Assembly (NCBI GenBank): GCA_002497985.1
Contig: DAFQ01000001.1
Location: 8,600 to 61,721 of the forward strand
Source of the DNA: Euryarchaeota archaeon UBA4
GTDB taxonomy: Archaea; Thermoplasmatota; Poseidoniia; Poseidoniales; Thalassarchaeaceae
Reading direction: 5' to 3'
Length of the DNA: 53,122 bases
Numbering within the stretch: position 1 is the first letter of the stretch; the number at the start of each line of letters is the position of its first letter. This document shows positions 18,705 to 26,342 of the stretch, one piece after another. The position numbers were made by a program, and so were the translations under genes. A model generated the notes under the pieces. That model searched no databases, was not told the origin of the DNA, and worked only from the letters and a program-made list of their open reading frames with translations.

Positions 18705-19457
18705 CTAGCGCACGGGTGTTAACACCGCGGATTTCACATTCAAGTGCCCTCTGGAACCATTCCACACAGGTTCCATGGTGATTTGTATGTCACGATTCAT
18801 GTGGGGCGCACCTAGTACAAGAGTCTCGAACTCACCACCTTCCCCATCTACATTGAACCTATATCTCTTCGACAGTTCTTCCAGTTCTCCTAAATTGTCC
18901 ATCCCCAACCTCTTGCCTAACCATTCCCTACCTAGTCCCTCTGAGGAGACAGAAGCGATCATCACGTCGAAGCCATGTTCGCAGAGGGAACTCATGTGAC
19001 TGTTTGGGGGATTGTGCCAGAGGGGCGAGAATGAGTGTATGCCAAGACGCTGGCACATCAACTCAATCCGTGTCTTCTGGAAATCCGAACGTAGAGCGCC
19101 AGAGACAATGCCATCTAGTGACAATCCGCCACTATGAATCACTATGGATGACGAGTCCCAACCCTCGGGCCATGAACTTTCCATGGCCTCATCGGGATTA
19201 GACAGGCCCCTGAGTCCATTCTCAAGATCCCCCATTTCCTCATCCATTTCGCCACTAGTGAGTATCGGTAACCAAGGAATTCCTGCAGATGCTGCTTGCA
19301 TCCCAGCAATTGCCACGCCCTGTGTTTGGAACATCATCGAATCTTCACCAGTGACACACATTGTAACAACGGCCTCCACATCCCATCCTCTCATCCGTGC
19401 CCACCAGGTGGCGTATGCCGAATCCTTCCCACCAGATCCGAGAATTGCCACCCTCAT
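18705..19457 (-). CDS. diphthine--ammonia ligase-type PP-loop ATPase (MJ0570/Dph6 family)
   Basis: MRVAILGSGGKDS is an N-terminal PP-loop (SGGKDS), and GEFETLVL lies near the C-terminus, as in the MJ0570-like family. The track ORF extends 20 codons upstream to 19517. Confidence 0.72.
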   Translation of the reverse strand: MRVAILGSGGKDSAYATWWARMRGWDVEAVVTMCVTGEDSMMFQTQGVAIAGMQAASAGIPWLPILTSGEMDEEMGDLENGLRGLSNPDEAMESSWPEGWDSSSIVIHSGGLSLDGIVSGALRSDFQKTRIELMCQRLGIHSFSPLWHNPPNSHMSSLCEHGFDVMIASVSSEGLGREWLGKRLGMDNLGELEELSKRYRFNVDGEGGEFETLVLGAPHMNRDIQITMEPVWNGSRGHLNVKSAVLTPVR

Positions 19458-19556
19458 GGCCCCGCCTACTGGCAGAAGCGCTTGAATGCCTCTATTGTCG
19501 AGCCTGCAAACAACCAACCTTGATAAGAGGCCGATGAGGCATGGGGTTCGATAACG

Positions 19557-20270
19557 ATGCAGCCAAGCGGACGTGGATACGACTCTTCAGTAGGAACTTT
19601 CTCACCAGACGGACGTCTTCATCAGGTTGAGTATGCTAGAGAGTCAGTAAAGAGAGGGTCTACAACAGTAGGCCTGAAATTCCGTGATGGAGTCATACTT
19701 ATTGTGGCTAAGAGAATACCAAGCAGGCTAGTAATACCCGACTCCATAGAAAAGATGTATCAGATAGACGACCACATTGGAATTACCACATCTGGGCTGG
19801 TCGCGGATGCCAGGCAACTCGTTGACAGAGCCAGGGTACAGTGCCAGATCAACAGGATGACATACGGCGCGCAAATTGACGTCACATCCCTGGTGAAGAA
19901 GATGTGCGACTACAAACAGTCATTCACCCAATACGGGGGAGCTAGACCGTTCGGAACCGCCTTGCTGATAGCAGGAGTCGATTCCGACGGCTCGCATCTA
20001 TTCGAAACCGACCCTTCCGGTGCGTACGGCTCATACCAGGCGGGCGCAATAGGAAGCGGACGCAGCGAAGTAATAGCGTACTTCGAGGAAAAGTGGAAGC
20101 CGGGCCTGACCTCGAATGCCGCAATAAAAATAGGCCTCGAGGCATTGTCTGATACACTCGAAGACGGGCTCACCGGTGAGTCGGTTGAGATTTGCGTGAT
20201 CGACGAGAACGGTTACAACGAACTCTCCTCAGAGGATACCGAGAAGCATTTGGCCAAGTTGAAGGCCTAA
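19557..20270 (+). CDS. psmA: proteasome subunit alpha
   Basis: YDSSVGTFSPDGRLHQVEYA is the canonical alpha-subunit N-terminal motif. At 237 aa the length fits. Confidence 0.95.
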   Translation: MQPSGRGYDSSVGTFSPDGRLHQVEYARESVKRGSTTVGLKFRDGVILIVAKRIPSRLVIPDSIEKMYQIDDHIGITTSGLVADARQLVDRARVQCQINRMTYGAQIDVTSLVKKMCDYKQSFTQYGGARPFGTALLIAGVDSDGSHLFETDPSGAYGSYQAGAIGSGRSEVIAYFEEKWKPGLTSNAAIKIGLEALSDTLEDGLTGESVEICVIDENGYNELSSEDTEKHLAKLKA

Positions 20271-20320
20271 TAGTGGTAAGCACTATCCCCGCCCACGCAC
20301 TCGCACCTACCGAGAGCTCC

Positions 20321-21010
20321 ATGGTCAGCTTAGATGATGCAGTCATAGCACGCCTAGAAAAGGGCGGTAGCAGATATGAGATTCTAGTGGATCCCGAACT
20401 TGTTGACGAATGGAAAAATGACCCGTCATCAGTAGATATGGATGACCTTCTCGCAATAGGCGAGGTTTGGACAGACTCCAAGAACGGAGAAAGGCCGACA
20501 TCGGATGCCCTGGAGAATGTTTTCGGCTCCAATGACCTCGAGCAATGTGTAATCAAGATACTCAGGGAAGGCAGCATACAACTCACTACCGCCCAAAGGA
20601 AGAAAATGGTCTCAGAGAAAAGGCTTCAGATCATAAGTGAGATAGCCAGTACTGCCACCGATCCCAAGACAAAAATGCCACATCCCAGAACTAGAATTGA
20701 AAATGCCCTGGACGAGGCAAGGTTCGCTGTTGACCCATTCAAGTCTATTGAAAGTCAGGTAAACGATGCGATAAACGTCCTGAAGCCGCTCATCCCCCTG
20801 CAATTTATCACAGTGAGACTCGCATTCAAGATTCCAGGAAGCTCGTACGGCTCAGTTAACCAGATGCTCAGAGACTCAGTAATGAGGGAAGAATGGCTCT
20901 CTGACGGCACTTGGGCCTGCGTCATCGAGGTTCCAGGTGGAATGAAAAACGAGATAATTAGCAGGGTCGCAAGTAGGGCTTCAGAGGCAGAAGTTAGAGA
21001 ACTCGACTGA
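20321..21010 (+). CDS. SBDS-family ribosome maturation protein
   Basis: DDAVIARLEKGGSRYEILVDPELVDEW is the FYSH-domain signature. The gene sits between psmA and rrp4, as in the archaeal exosome superoperon. ATG 20321 is preferred over the track start at 20192, which overlaps psmA. Confidence 0.88.
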   Translation: MVSLDDAVIARLEKGGSRYEILVDPELVDEWKNDPSSVDMDDLLAIGEVWTDSKNGERPTSDALENVFGSNDLEQCVIKILREGSIQLTTAQRKKMVSEKRLQIISEIASTATDPKTKMPHPRTRIENALDEARFAVDPFKSIESQVNDAINVLKPLIPLQFITVRLAFKIPGSSYGSVNQMLRDSVMREEWLSDGTWACVIEVPGGMKNEIISRVASRASEAEVRELD

Positions 21011-21023
21011 TTATCCACCGTAG

Positions 21024-21743
21024 GTGGTAGCATCAACGGTTATGAAGGGCTGGCCGGTCGCGCGGCTCGATACTATGAGTAGAGAGAGCAGCGCGGACGG
21101 ACCGCGAGACTCACGACGAGCCCTCGTCGTCGTGCCCGGGGAAGACCTCGGTGTATCAGAGGGGTATGAGGCGGGACACGGGGTCCTAGTGGTCGACGGC
21201 CGCCTCAAATCAACGAAACAAGGACGAATGAACACGAAGGGTAGCACTGTTTCAGTGGAACCACTTCACACAACATACATGCCTAGGCCGGGAGACCTAG
21301 TCATTGGGCACATAGAAGGCTGTACGAACAACATATGGTTCGTCGACATCGGTGCCCCTTTCAACTCCATTTTGCCCATGAGCCTAGGGCCGGCAAAGGT
21401 CGAGTTCGGAGGAACCAGAAAGATTCTGGACATCGGAGACTCAATTCTTTGCAGGGTACAAGAAGTCGAAGAGACTCACCAGAGCGTTGTCACAATGAAA
21501 GGACTGGGTCTCAGGAAGATTAAATCGGGCGCCCTAGATGACGTGGATCCGCACTTGCTGGGAAGACTAATCGGCAAGGGCGGAAACTTCCTCAGGGATC
21601 TGAAACTTGAATCAGAGTGCAGGATTGTGGTCGCCGAGAATGGGCGACTATGGATAGATGGCGACCTCGATGGAATATTCAAGGTCAGAAATTGCCTGAA
21701 GGAGATATCTCTTGAGGCAAGACAAGTTGGAGGTGTTAATTGA
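21024..21743 (+). CDS. rrp4: exosome complex RNA-binding protein Rrp4
   Basis: An S1 domain (PGDLVIGHIEGCTNNIWFVDIGAPF) is followed by a KH domain (LIGKGGNFLRDLKLESECRIVVAENGRLWI). The start is ambiguous among GTG 21024, ATG 21042 and ATG 21075. Confidence 0.85.
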   Translation: MVASTVMKGWPVARLDTMSRESSADGPRDSRRALVVVPGEDLGVSEGYEAGHGVLVVDGRLKSTKQGRMNTKGSTVSVEPLHTTYMPRPGDLVIGHIEGCTNNIWFVDIGAPFNSILPMSLGPAKVEFGGTRKILDIGDSILCRVQEVEETHQSVVTMKGLGLRKIKSGALDDVDPHLLGRLIGKGGNFLRDLKLESECRIVVAENGRLWIDGDLDGIFKVRNCLKEISLEARQVGGVN

Positions 21744-22459
21744 TGGGTGGATATGGAGACGTACAGATGATTGATGAAAATGGCCTGAGAATGGATGGCC
21801 GCAAACCAGGGGACGTACGACCAATAACAATCGAAACAGGAGTTGTACCAGTAGCGGACGGCTCTTGCAGGATGACATGGGGTACCAATGAAGCAATAGT
21901 TGCTGTTTACGGCCCCATGGAGGCACACCCCAGGAAGATCCAGAGGCAGGATAGGGCTGTGTTGGATGTAACATACAACATGGCGCCCTTCTCCACTACT
22001 GACAGAATTAGGCCAGGCTTCAATCGACGCAGCAGGGAGATCAGCAAGGTCACGGCAGACGCCCTAGAGAGCGTAGTCCTGCTGGAGCTCTACCCACGTT
22101 CAAAAATTAGAATCAGCATTGAAATTACCTCAGCTGAGGCCGGCACAAGGTGCGTTGGGCTCACAGCAGCATCTGTGGCACTGGCAGATGCCGGTATCCC
22201 AATGACCGATCTTGTCGTGAGCGTCGCTAGTGGGAAAATCAACGATGTTGTTGTCTGCGACCTGAATAAAGAGGAGGACAACTACGGCGAGGCAGACCTG
22301 CCAATGGGGGTACTTCCAAACAGTGGCGAGCTAGTATTCCTACAGATGGATGGCGACCTGTCTCCTGACGAGTTCAAGCAGGCATGGGACTACAACATAG
22401 ACGCTGCCATGGAGGTTCACAAATTGATGGTCGATGCACTGAAGGGAGGTGAGAACTGA
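21743..22459 (+). CDS. rrp41: exosome complex exonuclease Rrp41 (RNase PH-like)
   Basis: DGRKPGDVRPITIETGVVPVADGSCRMTWG is the RNase PH domain start. The ATG overlaps the rrp4 stop by 1 nt (TGATG). Confidence 0.9.
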   Translation: MGGYGDVQMIDENGLRMDGRKPGDVRPITIETGVVPVADGSCRMTWGTNEAIVAVYGPMEAHPRKIQRQDRAVLDVTYNMAPFSTTDRIRPGFNRRSREISKVTADALESVVLLELYPRSKIRISIEITSAEAGTRCVGLTAASVALADAGIPMTDLVVSVASGKINDVVVCDLNKEEDNYGEADLPMGVLPNSGELVFLQMDGDLSPDEFKQAWDYNIDAAMEVHKLMVDALKGGEN

Positions 22460-23235
22460 TGGCAGCTCCACTAGTTCCTAAGCTTCTCAGGGCACACCTC
22501 TCCGATTTAGCATCGAACGATGCAAGATTGGATGATAGAGGCCAGTGGGACGGCAGAGAGACCAAGTTAGAGATCGGCGTCCTCCCACGCGCAGAGGGCT
22601 CTGCCAGAGTCACCATGGGAAACACAATCGTTCTCGCTGGAGTCAAGTTCCAGATCATGACCCCCTACCCGGACCGCCCCAATCAGGGCGGCCTGATGTG
22701 TTCATGCGAGGTCAGGTCAATCGCCGGAAGGCATTGGGAGAATGGACCTCCAAGCCCACAATCAATCGAGCTCGGAAGAGTTGTCGACCGCGGAATCCGT
22801 GAGTCGGGATGCATAGATGTGGATGATCTATGCATCATCCCGGGCGAAAAGGCATGGCAGGTCATACTGGACTTACACGCAATATCGGATGACGGCAATC
22901 TGTTCGATGCTTTCGCATTGGCAGGGATCGCCGCTCTAAGAAACGCAACAATTCCGGCTGAGAGGTTCGAGATTGGAGAAGACACGCCCCTAAAGGTGTC
23001 CAAGACCCCAATTATGTGCTCATATCACAAGGTAGGGGGAAGGTTCGTTTACGACGCATCTTATCGCGAGGAACTAGGTGGGGACGAGAGGATCCACATC
23101 ACACTGGGTGATGACGATCACGTCCACTCCCTCCAGAAGGGTCTAAAGGGAATCTTCACGGCAGATGAGTTCGCAGAGATAATGGAACACGCTAAGTCAA
23201 GGTGTTCAGAACTTCGAGACATGGTCAACGGATAG
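22459..23235 (+). CDS. rrp42: exosome complex component Rrp42 (RNase PH-like, non-catalytic)
   Basis: This is the second RNase PH-fold protein (RLDDRGQWDGRETKLEIGVLPRAEGSARV). It lies immediately after rrp41 with the same 1-nt TGATG overlap. Confidence 0.9.
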   Translation: MAAPLVPKLLRAHLSDLASNDARLDDRGQWDGRETKLEIGVLPRAEGSARVTMGNTIVLAGVKFQIMTPYPDRPNQGGLMCSCEVRSIAGRHWENGPPSPQSIELGRVVDRGIRESGCIDVDDLCIIPGEKAWQVILDLHAISDDGNLFDAFALAGIAALRNATIPAERFEIGEDTPLKVSKTPIMCSYHKVGGRFVYDASYREELGGDERIHITLGDDDHVHSLQKGLKGIFTADEFAEIMEHAKSRCSELRDMVNG

Positions 23236-23245
23236 GTGGTCAATT

Positions 23246-23614
23246 ATGGCAAAGAGAACACAAAAAACAGGACTCACCGCACGCTATGGCCCCAGATATG
23301 GTGTCAGCGTCAGGAGGAGAGCTGGTTCAGCGCTCAAGAAGAAGTCCAGGGAGTACACATGCCCGTCGTGCCAATACCCCAAGGTAAGGAGAAAGGTCGC
23401 AGGTATCTGGGAATGCAAGAAGTGCGGCCACACATTCACCGGCGGTGTTTGGGAACCATTCACCAGGGCTTCGGAAGCAAACAATAGGGTAATTCGCAGG
23501 TCAATGGAAGGGGCAACGGCCACAGACATGACTGTAATCGCTCAGCAGGCAGCTATCGATTATGAGCGCAAGATGGCGGAGGCCGAGCGTAATGACGACT
23601 CAGAGGAAGAGTAA
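23246..23614 (+). CDS. rpl37ae: 50S ribosomal protein L37Ae (eL43)
   Basis: MAKRTQKTGLTARYGPRYG is followed by the zinc ribbon CPSCQ...CKKCGHTFTGG. AGGTGG lies about 8 nt upstream of the start. The protein carries an acidic C-terminal tail about 25 aa longer than usual. Confidence 0.95.
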   Translation: MAKRTQKTGLTARYGPRYGVSVRRRAGSALKKKSREYTCPSCQYPKVRRKVAGIWECKKCGHTFTGGVWEPFTRASEANNRVIRRSMEGATATDMTVIAQQAAIDYERKMAEAERNDDSEEE

Positions 23615-23828
23615 CAGAGCATCAATCCTCTTTCGTGCAACCCACCAAGACGCAGAGTCGATTTGTGCGGGCATGGTCACCGAATCAGAATTCAATTTGA
23701 CCGGCAATAGGATAGAATTTTCCATATCCTCTGGAAATATCTCCGATATTCGAGCTAGATGGAATTCTCTTATGAGGGGCATTATAGCTTCAGAGCAAGC
23801 ATTGAAGGCAATTAGGGACTCAAGGTGA
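23592..23828 (+). CDS. pcc1: KEOPS subunit Pcc1-like small protein
   Basis: This is a protein of about 78 aa. DIRARWNSLMRGIIASEQALKAI resembles the Pcc1 C-terminal helix (LRAslNswLRli). Its position between L37Ae and prefoldin beta matches the conserved archaeal neighbourhood. The start is uncertain and overlaps the L37Ae tail. Confidence 0.55.
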   Translation: MTTQRKSNRASILFRATHQDAESICAGMVTESEFNLTGNRIEFSISSGNISDIRARWNSLMRGIIASEQALKAIRDSR

Positions 23829-23832
23829 GGAT

Positions 23833-24156
23833 ATGCAAAGTAGCCAAGACGCCGGGGAGTCACTGAAATTAGTCGCCCAAGAACTACAGGCGGTTATGTC
23901 ACAGATCCAGACAGTCAACTCTCAGATTAGCGAGCTTACAATGACATTGGACGCCCTATCGACACAGGATCCCGACAAGCCAGTATACAGGGCGGTTGGA
24001 AGCCTCCTCCTAGAGGTCGCAGATAGGAATTCTCTGAATTCAGACATCGAGGCTTCGAAGAACTCATTCCAAACCCACCTTGAAAGGCTCTCTGAGAGAG
24101 AATCGGAACTTAGGGAGAGCTATGAGGAATTGGTCAAGTCATTCGAGTCGCAATGA
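23833..24156 (+). CDS. pfdB: prefoldin subunit beta
   Basis: This is a 107-aa coiled-coil/beta-hairpin/coiled-coil protein (QELQAVMSQIQ...VYRAVGSLLLEV...LRESYEELVKSF). GGTGAGG lies just upstream of the ATG. Confidence 0.85.
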   Translation: MQSSQDAGESLKLVAQELQAVMSQIQTVNSQISELTMTLDALSTQDPDKPVYRAVGSLLLEVADRNSLNSDIEASKNSFQTHLERLSERESELRESYEELVKSFESQ

Positions 24157-24216
24157 GGTGGGAAGATTCCTTCTGAGAGTGACACCCTGAATCAGAGCCT
24201 TTCCAGGCTTCTAGAA

Positions 24217-24987
24217 TTGATATCAGAGGGAGAAACCCTCGAAGCAATCAGTTTTTCCAATGACATACTTGATAGGTCTAGGAGCACCGAAGAGAGGGAC
24301 CATCTGATTGAAGCAAGGGTGAGGATGGAGAGAGCTCTGTTGGGCGCAATAGGGGAAGACAATGTCGGCACGGAATTGAGATGGTGCGTAGACAGACTAA
24401 ACGCGATATGCCCTGGCTCTCCACTACACGGTCTCGCCCTACTAAACCTAGCATTGTGGCATTCAAATAAGGGGGAATTAATGATGGCCATGGCAGTTCA
24501 CTCAGACATCTCTGCGAATTCGGGACACCCTGGTGACATCAGGGCCCTTTCCAGATTAGAGGTTGCGAGGATATTGGTTGGAATGGGCGACCTTGATCCG
24601 GCCATGAGACACCTTTGGTCGGCAAGAAACGGATTCATTGATTCTGAAATGTCCACCGAGGCACTAGTCGCATCACTAGAATGGCTGGATATAGCGCTCG
24701 ACGAGGTCTCTGCAAACTCCCCCACCATGGATGCGAGGATCGAAGAAGCATCTCCAAGGGAAGGGCCAGGAAATACATGGATACCCGCCAATCCAGATGA
24801 CATTACAAACGTCGTCGATTACCTTCTCCCGATTCTAACTACCGATATGTCTGGGCACAGCAGGAGTGACTTAGGACTCATTATCGACGCATCAGAAATT
24901 ATCGGAAGAGTTGATTGGACATCTGGGATGTCTGACAGGATTTCAGAGATTCAAGACCCGAGGGTTTCCGAGGCGCTCCAGTCGTGA
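24217..24987 (+). CDS. hypothetical helical-repeat (TPR-like) protein
   Basis: The reading frame stays open from the prefoldin stop onward. There is no ATG until codon 36 (24322), and the candidate starts are TTG 24217 and ATG 24322. The helical, Leu/Ala-rich sequence (LHGLALLNLALWHSNKGE, LSRLEVARILVGMGDLDPAMRHL) suggests TPR-like repeats. Confidence 0.45.
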   Translation: MISEGETLEAISFSNDILDRSRSTEERDHLIEARVRMERALLGAIGEDNVGTELRWCVDRLNAICPGSPLHGLALLNLALWHSNKGELMMAMAVHSDISANSGHPGDIRALSRLEVARILVGMGDLDPAMRHLWSARNGFIDSEMSTEALVASLEWLDIALDEVSANSPTMDARIEEASPREGPGNTWIPANPDDITNVVDYLLPILTTDMSGHSRSDLGLIIDASEIIGRVDWTSGMSDRISEIQDPRVSEALQS

Positions 24988-25355
24988 CTCCTGACTTTCT
25001 CAACTTCTGATGCATCCCAAGCAAGGTTCCCTGGGACTTCTATACACCACCCCACCTCGGCGATCTTGGGGTCATTGGATATCCATGGCTCAGGAACAGG
25101 CTCTTCGTCGACCTCTACCCACACTACTACGCCGCCCTCAACCAGGCACTCGTCATACGCCTTAGCAGTGCCTAGAAGGCCCGCTTCTTCGAAAAGCTCC
25201 CTGAGGGCCGTAACATCCCAGTCTTCGTCTTCTTCGGCAGAGCCGCCAGGAAACTCCCACCCCCTGTCCTCATGGAGCACCATTAACCAAGGATTGCCAA
25301 TTTCGGCCCCCTTGCTAGAAGTGACCCAAGAAATCACGAATCTTTCGCTAGTCAT
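24951..25355 (-). CDS. NUDIX hydrolase
   Basis: A Nudix box is present: GGSAEEDEDWDVTALRELFEEAGL (GX5EX7REUXEEXGU). ATG 25355 overlaps the upstream gene's stop by 8 nt. The track ORF extends to 25430. Confidence 0.8.
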   Translation of the reverse strand: MTSERFVISWVTSSKGAEIGNPWLMVLHEDRGWEFPGGSAEEDEDWDVTALRELFEEAGLLGTAKAYDECLVEGGVVVWVEVDEEPVPEPWISNDPKIAEVGWCIEVPGNLAWDASEVEKVRSHDWSASETLGS

Positions 25356-26334
25356 CCATCTCCCCTCTAATTTCTTCAGTGATTTCGATAGCTCCGGGCG
25401 TCCCTTCAGCTGCCAGACGCCTCGCAACAAAGAATGCTTCTGAGAAATTTCCCGAGGACATCAAGCCCCTTACTTCTGCTAGTGGGTCCATGTCAGCATC
25501 CTCATTGGGTTTTGGAAAGTCAATCTTCTCTGCCTCGGGTGTTGCCATATCTTCCATCTTTCTGAGGAAATCAAGTCTTTCATTTACTGCCGGGACCTTC
25601 CATGGAATACCTTCACTACCATCCAAGAGCGCCTCCATCCTCATTTTGAACTGATCACGTACATCCATTCTCGGGAACTGCGACTGCGCTTGGTCGTAGC
25701 ATATCCACGCATCGCTGTATTCGCCTCTCCTTTCATGCATCCTGCCTAATTCCGACCAAGCCTCGAAATTGGTCGGCCTCTGCGCGAGAATCAATCTGGC
25801 GAGTGATAAATATCCATCTTCATCACCGCTATCCCTGATTCTCTCTATTCTCCTGGAGAACAATACATTGGCACGCCTGTCCCTCAAATCCAGACCCGCT
25901 ACCCTTACCATGAAGTTGGAGATATCCTCATCGGAGATCGATATGGTTTCCCACCATTCGTCTGGGTCCAAAGGATCAGCAGCAAGGGTCCCCTCCAGAA
26001 TTATGCTGCCAGACTCCAGCATATTCACGTTATCTAGTTGATTTAGAAGTTCAGGGTCACGACCAAGAACGGTAAAAATATCATCAAGAACTGCTCGGAT
26101 TCCATTTTCATCTCCTGAAACAATCTTCACCTCTAGCAAAACCCTCCAGTTATCGGGGTGAGTGAAATCATGAAGGACGGACTGCCTGGCATTCTGCTCT
26201 GCCCAACCAAGGTTGGTGGCATCGGAATCTGTGCCGTTTACAATTTTCAGATATTTCTTGGCTTGACTTCTATGCCTGTTGCCAAGACTCCTCCTAGGGT
26301 GCTGTAACCTGTCGTCGATAGAATCTTCTGACAT
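25348..26334 (-). CDS. hypothetical TPR-containing protein
   Basis: A TPR-like segment is present (FEAWSELGRMHERRGEYSDAWICYDQAQSQFP). ATG 26334 is preceded by GAGGT. GTG 26346 would overlap the ubiD stop (GTGA). The gene sits between the UbiD and NUDIX genes on the same strand. Confidence 0.6.
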   Translation of the reverse strand: MSEDSIDDRLQHPRRSLGNRHRSQAKKYLKIVNGTDSDATNLGWAEQNARQSVLHDFTHPDNWRVLLEVKIVSGDENGIRAVLDDIFTVLGRDPELLNQLDNVNMLESGSIILEGTLAADPLDPDEWWETISISDEDISNFMVRVAGLDLRDRRANVLFSRRIERIRDSGDEDGYLSLARLILAQRPTNFEAWSELGRMHERRGEYSDAWICYDQAQSQFPRMDVRDQFKMRMEALLDGSEGIPWKVPAVNERLDFLRKMEDMATPEAEKIDFPKPNEDADMDPLAEVRGLMSSGNFSEAFFVARRLAAEGTPGAIEITEEIRGEMDD

Positions 26335-26342
26335 TGAATACC

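Noticed and set aside
19541-19556. A GGGGTTCGATAAC string upstream of psmA, resembling a tRNA T-arm/T-loop.
   Set aside because: There is no complementary 3' stem half, no acceptor/D/anticodon arms in the flanking ~90 nt, and the available non-coding space is too small. It is not a tRNA.
24154-24156. The idea that TGA is globally reassigned (to Trp, Gly or Sec) in this genome, prompted by the in-frame ORF after the pfdB TGA.
   Set aside because: Many well-defined genes here (trkA, the EF-2 gene, proS, rrp4, rrp41, gmhA and others) end at TGA exactly where their families end. Global recoding is therefore not supported, and only a local readthrough possibility is kept as a low-interest finding.
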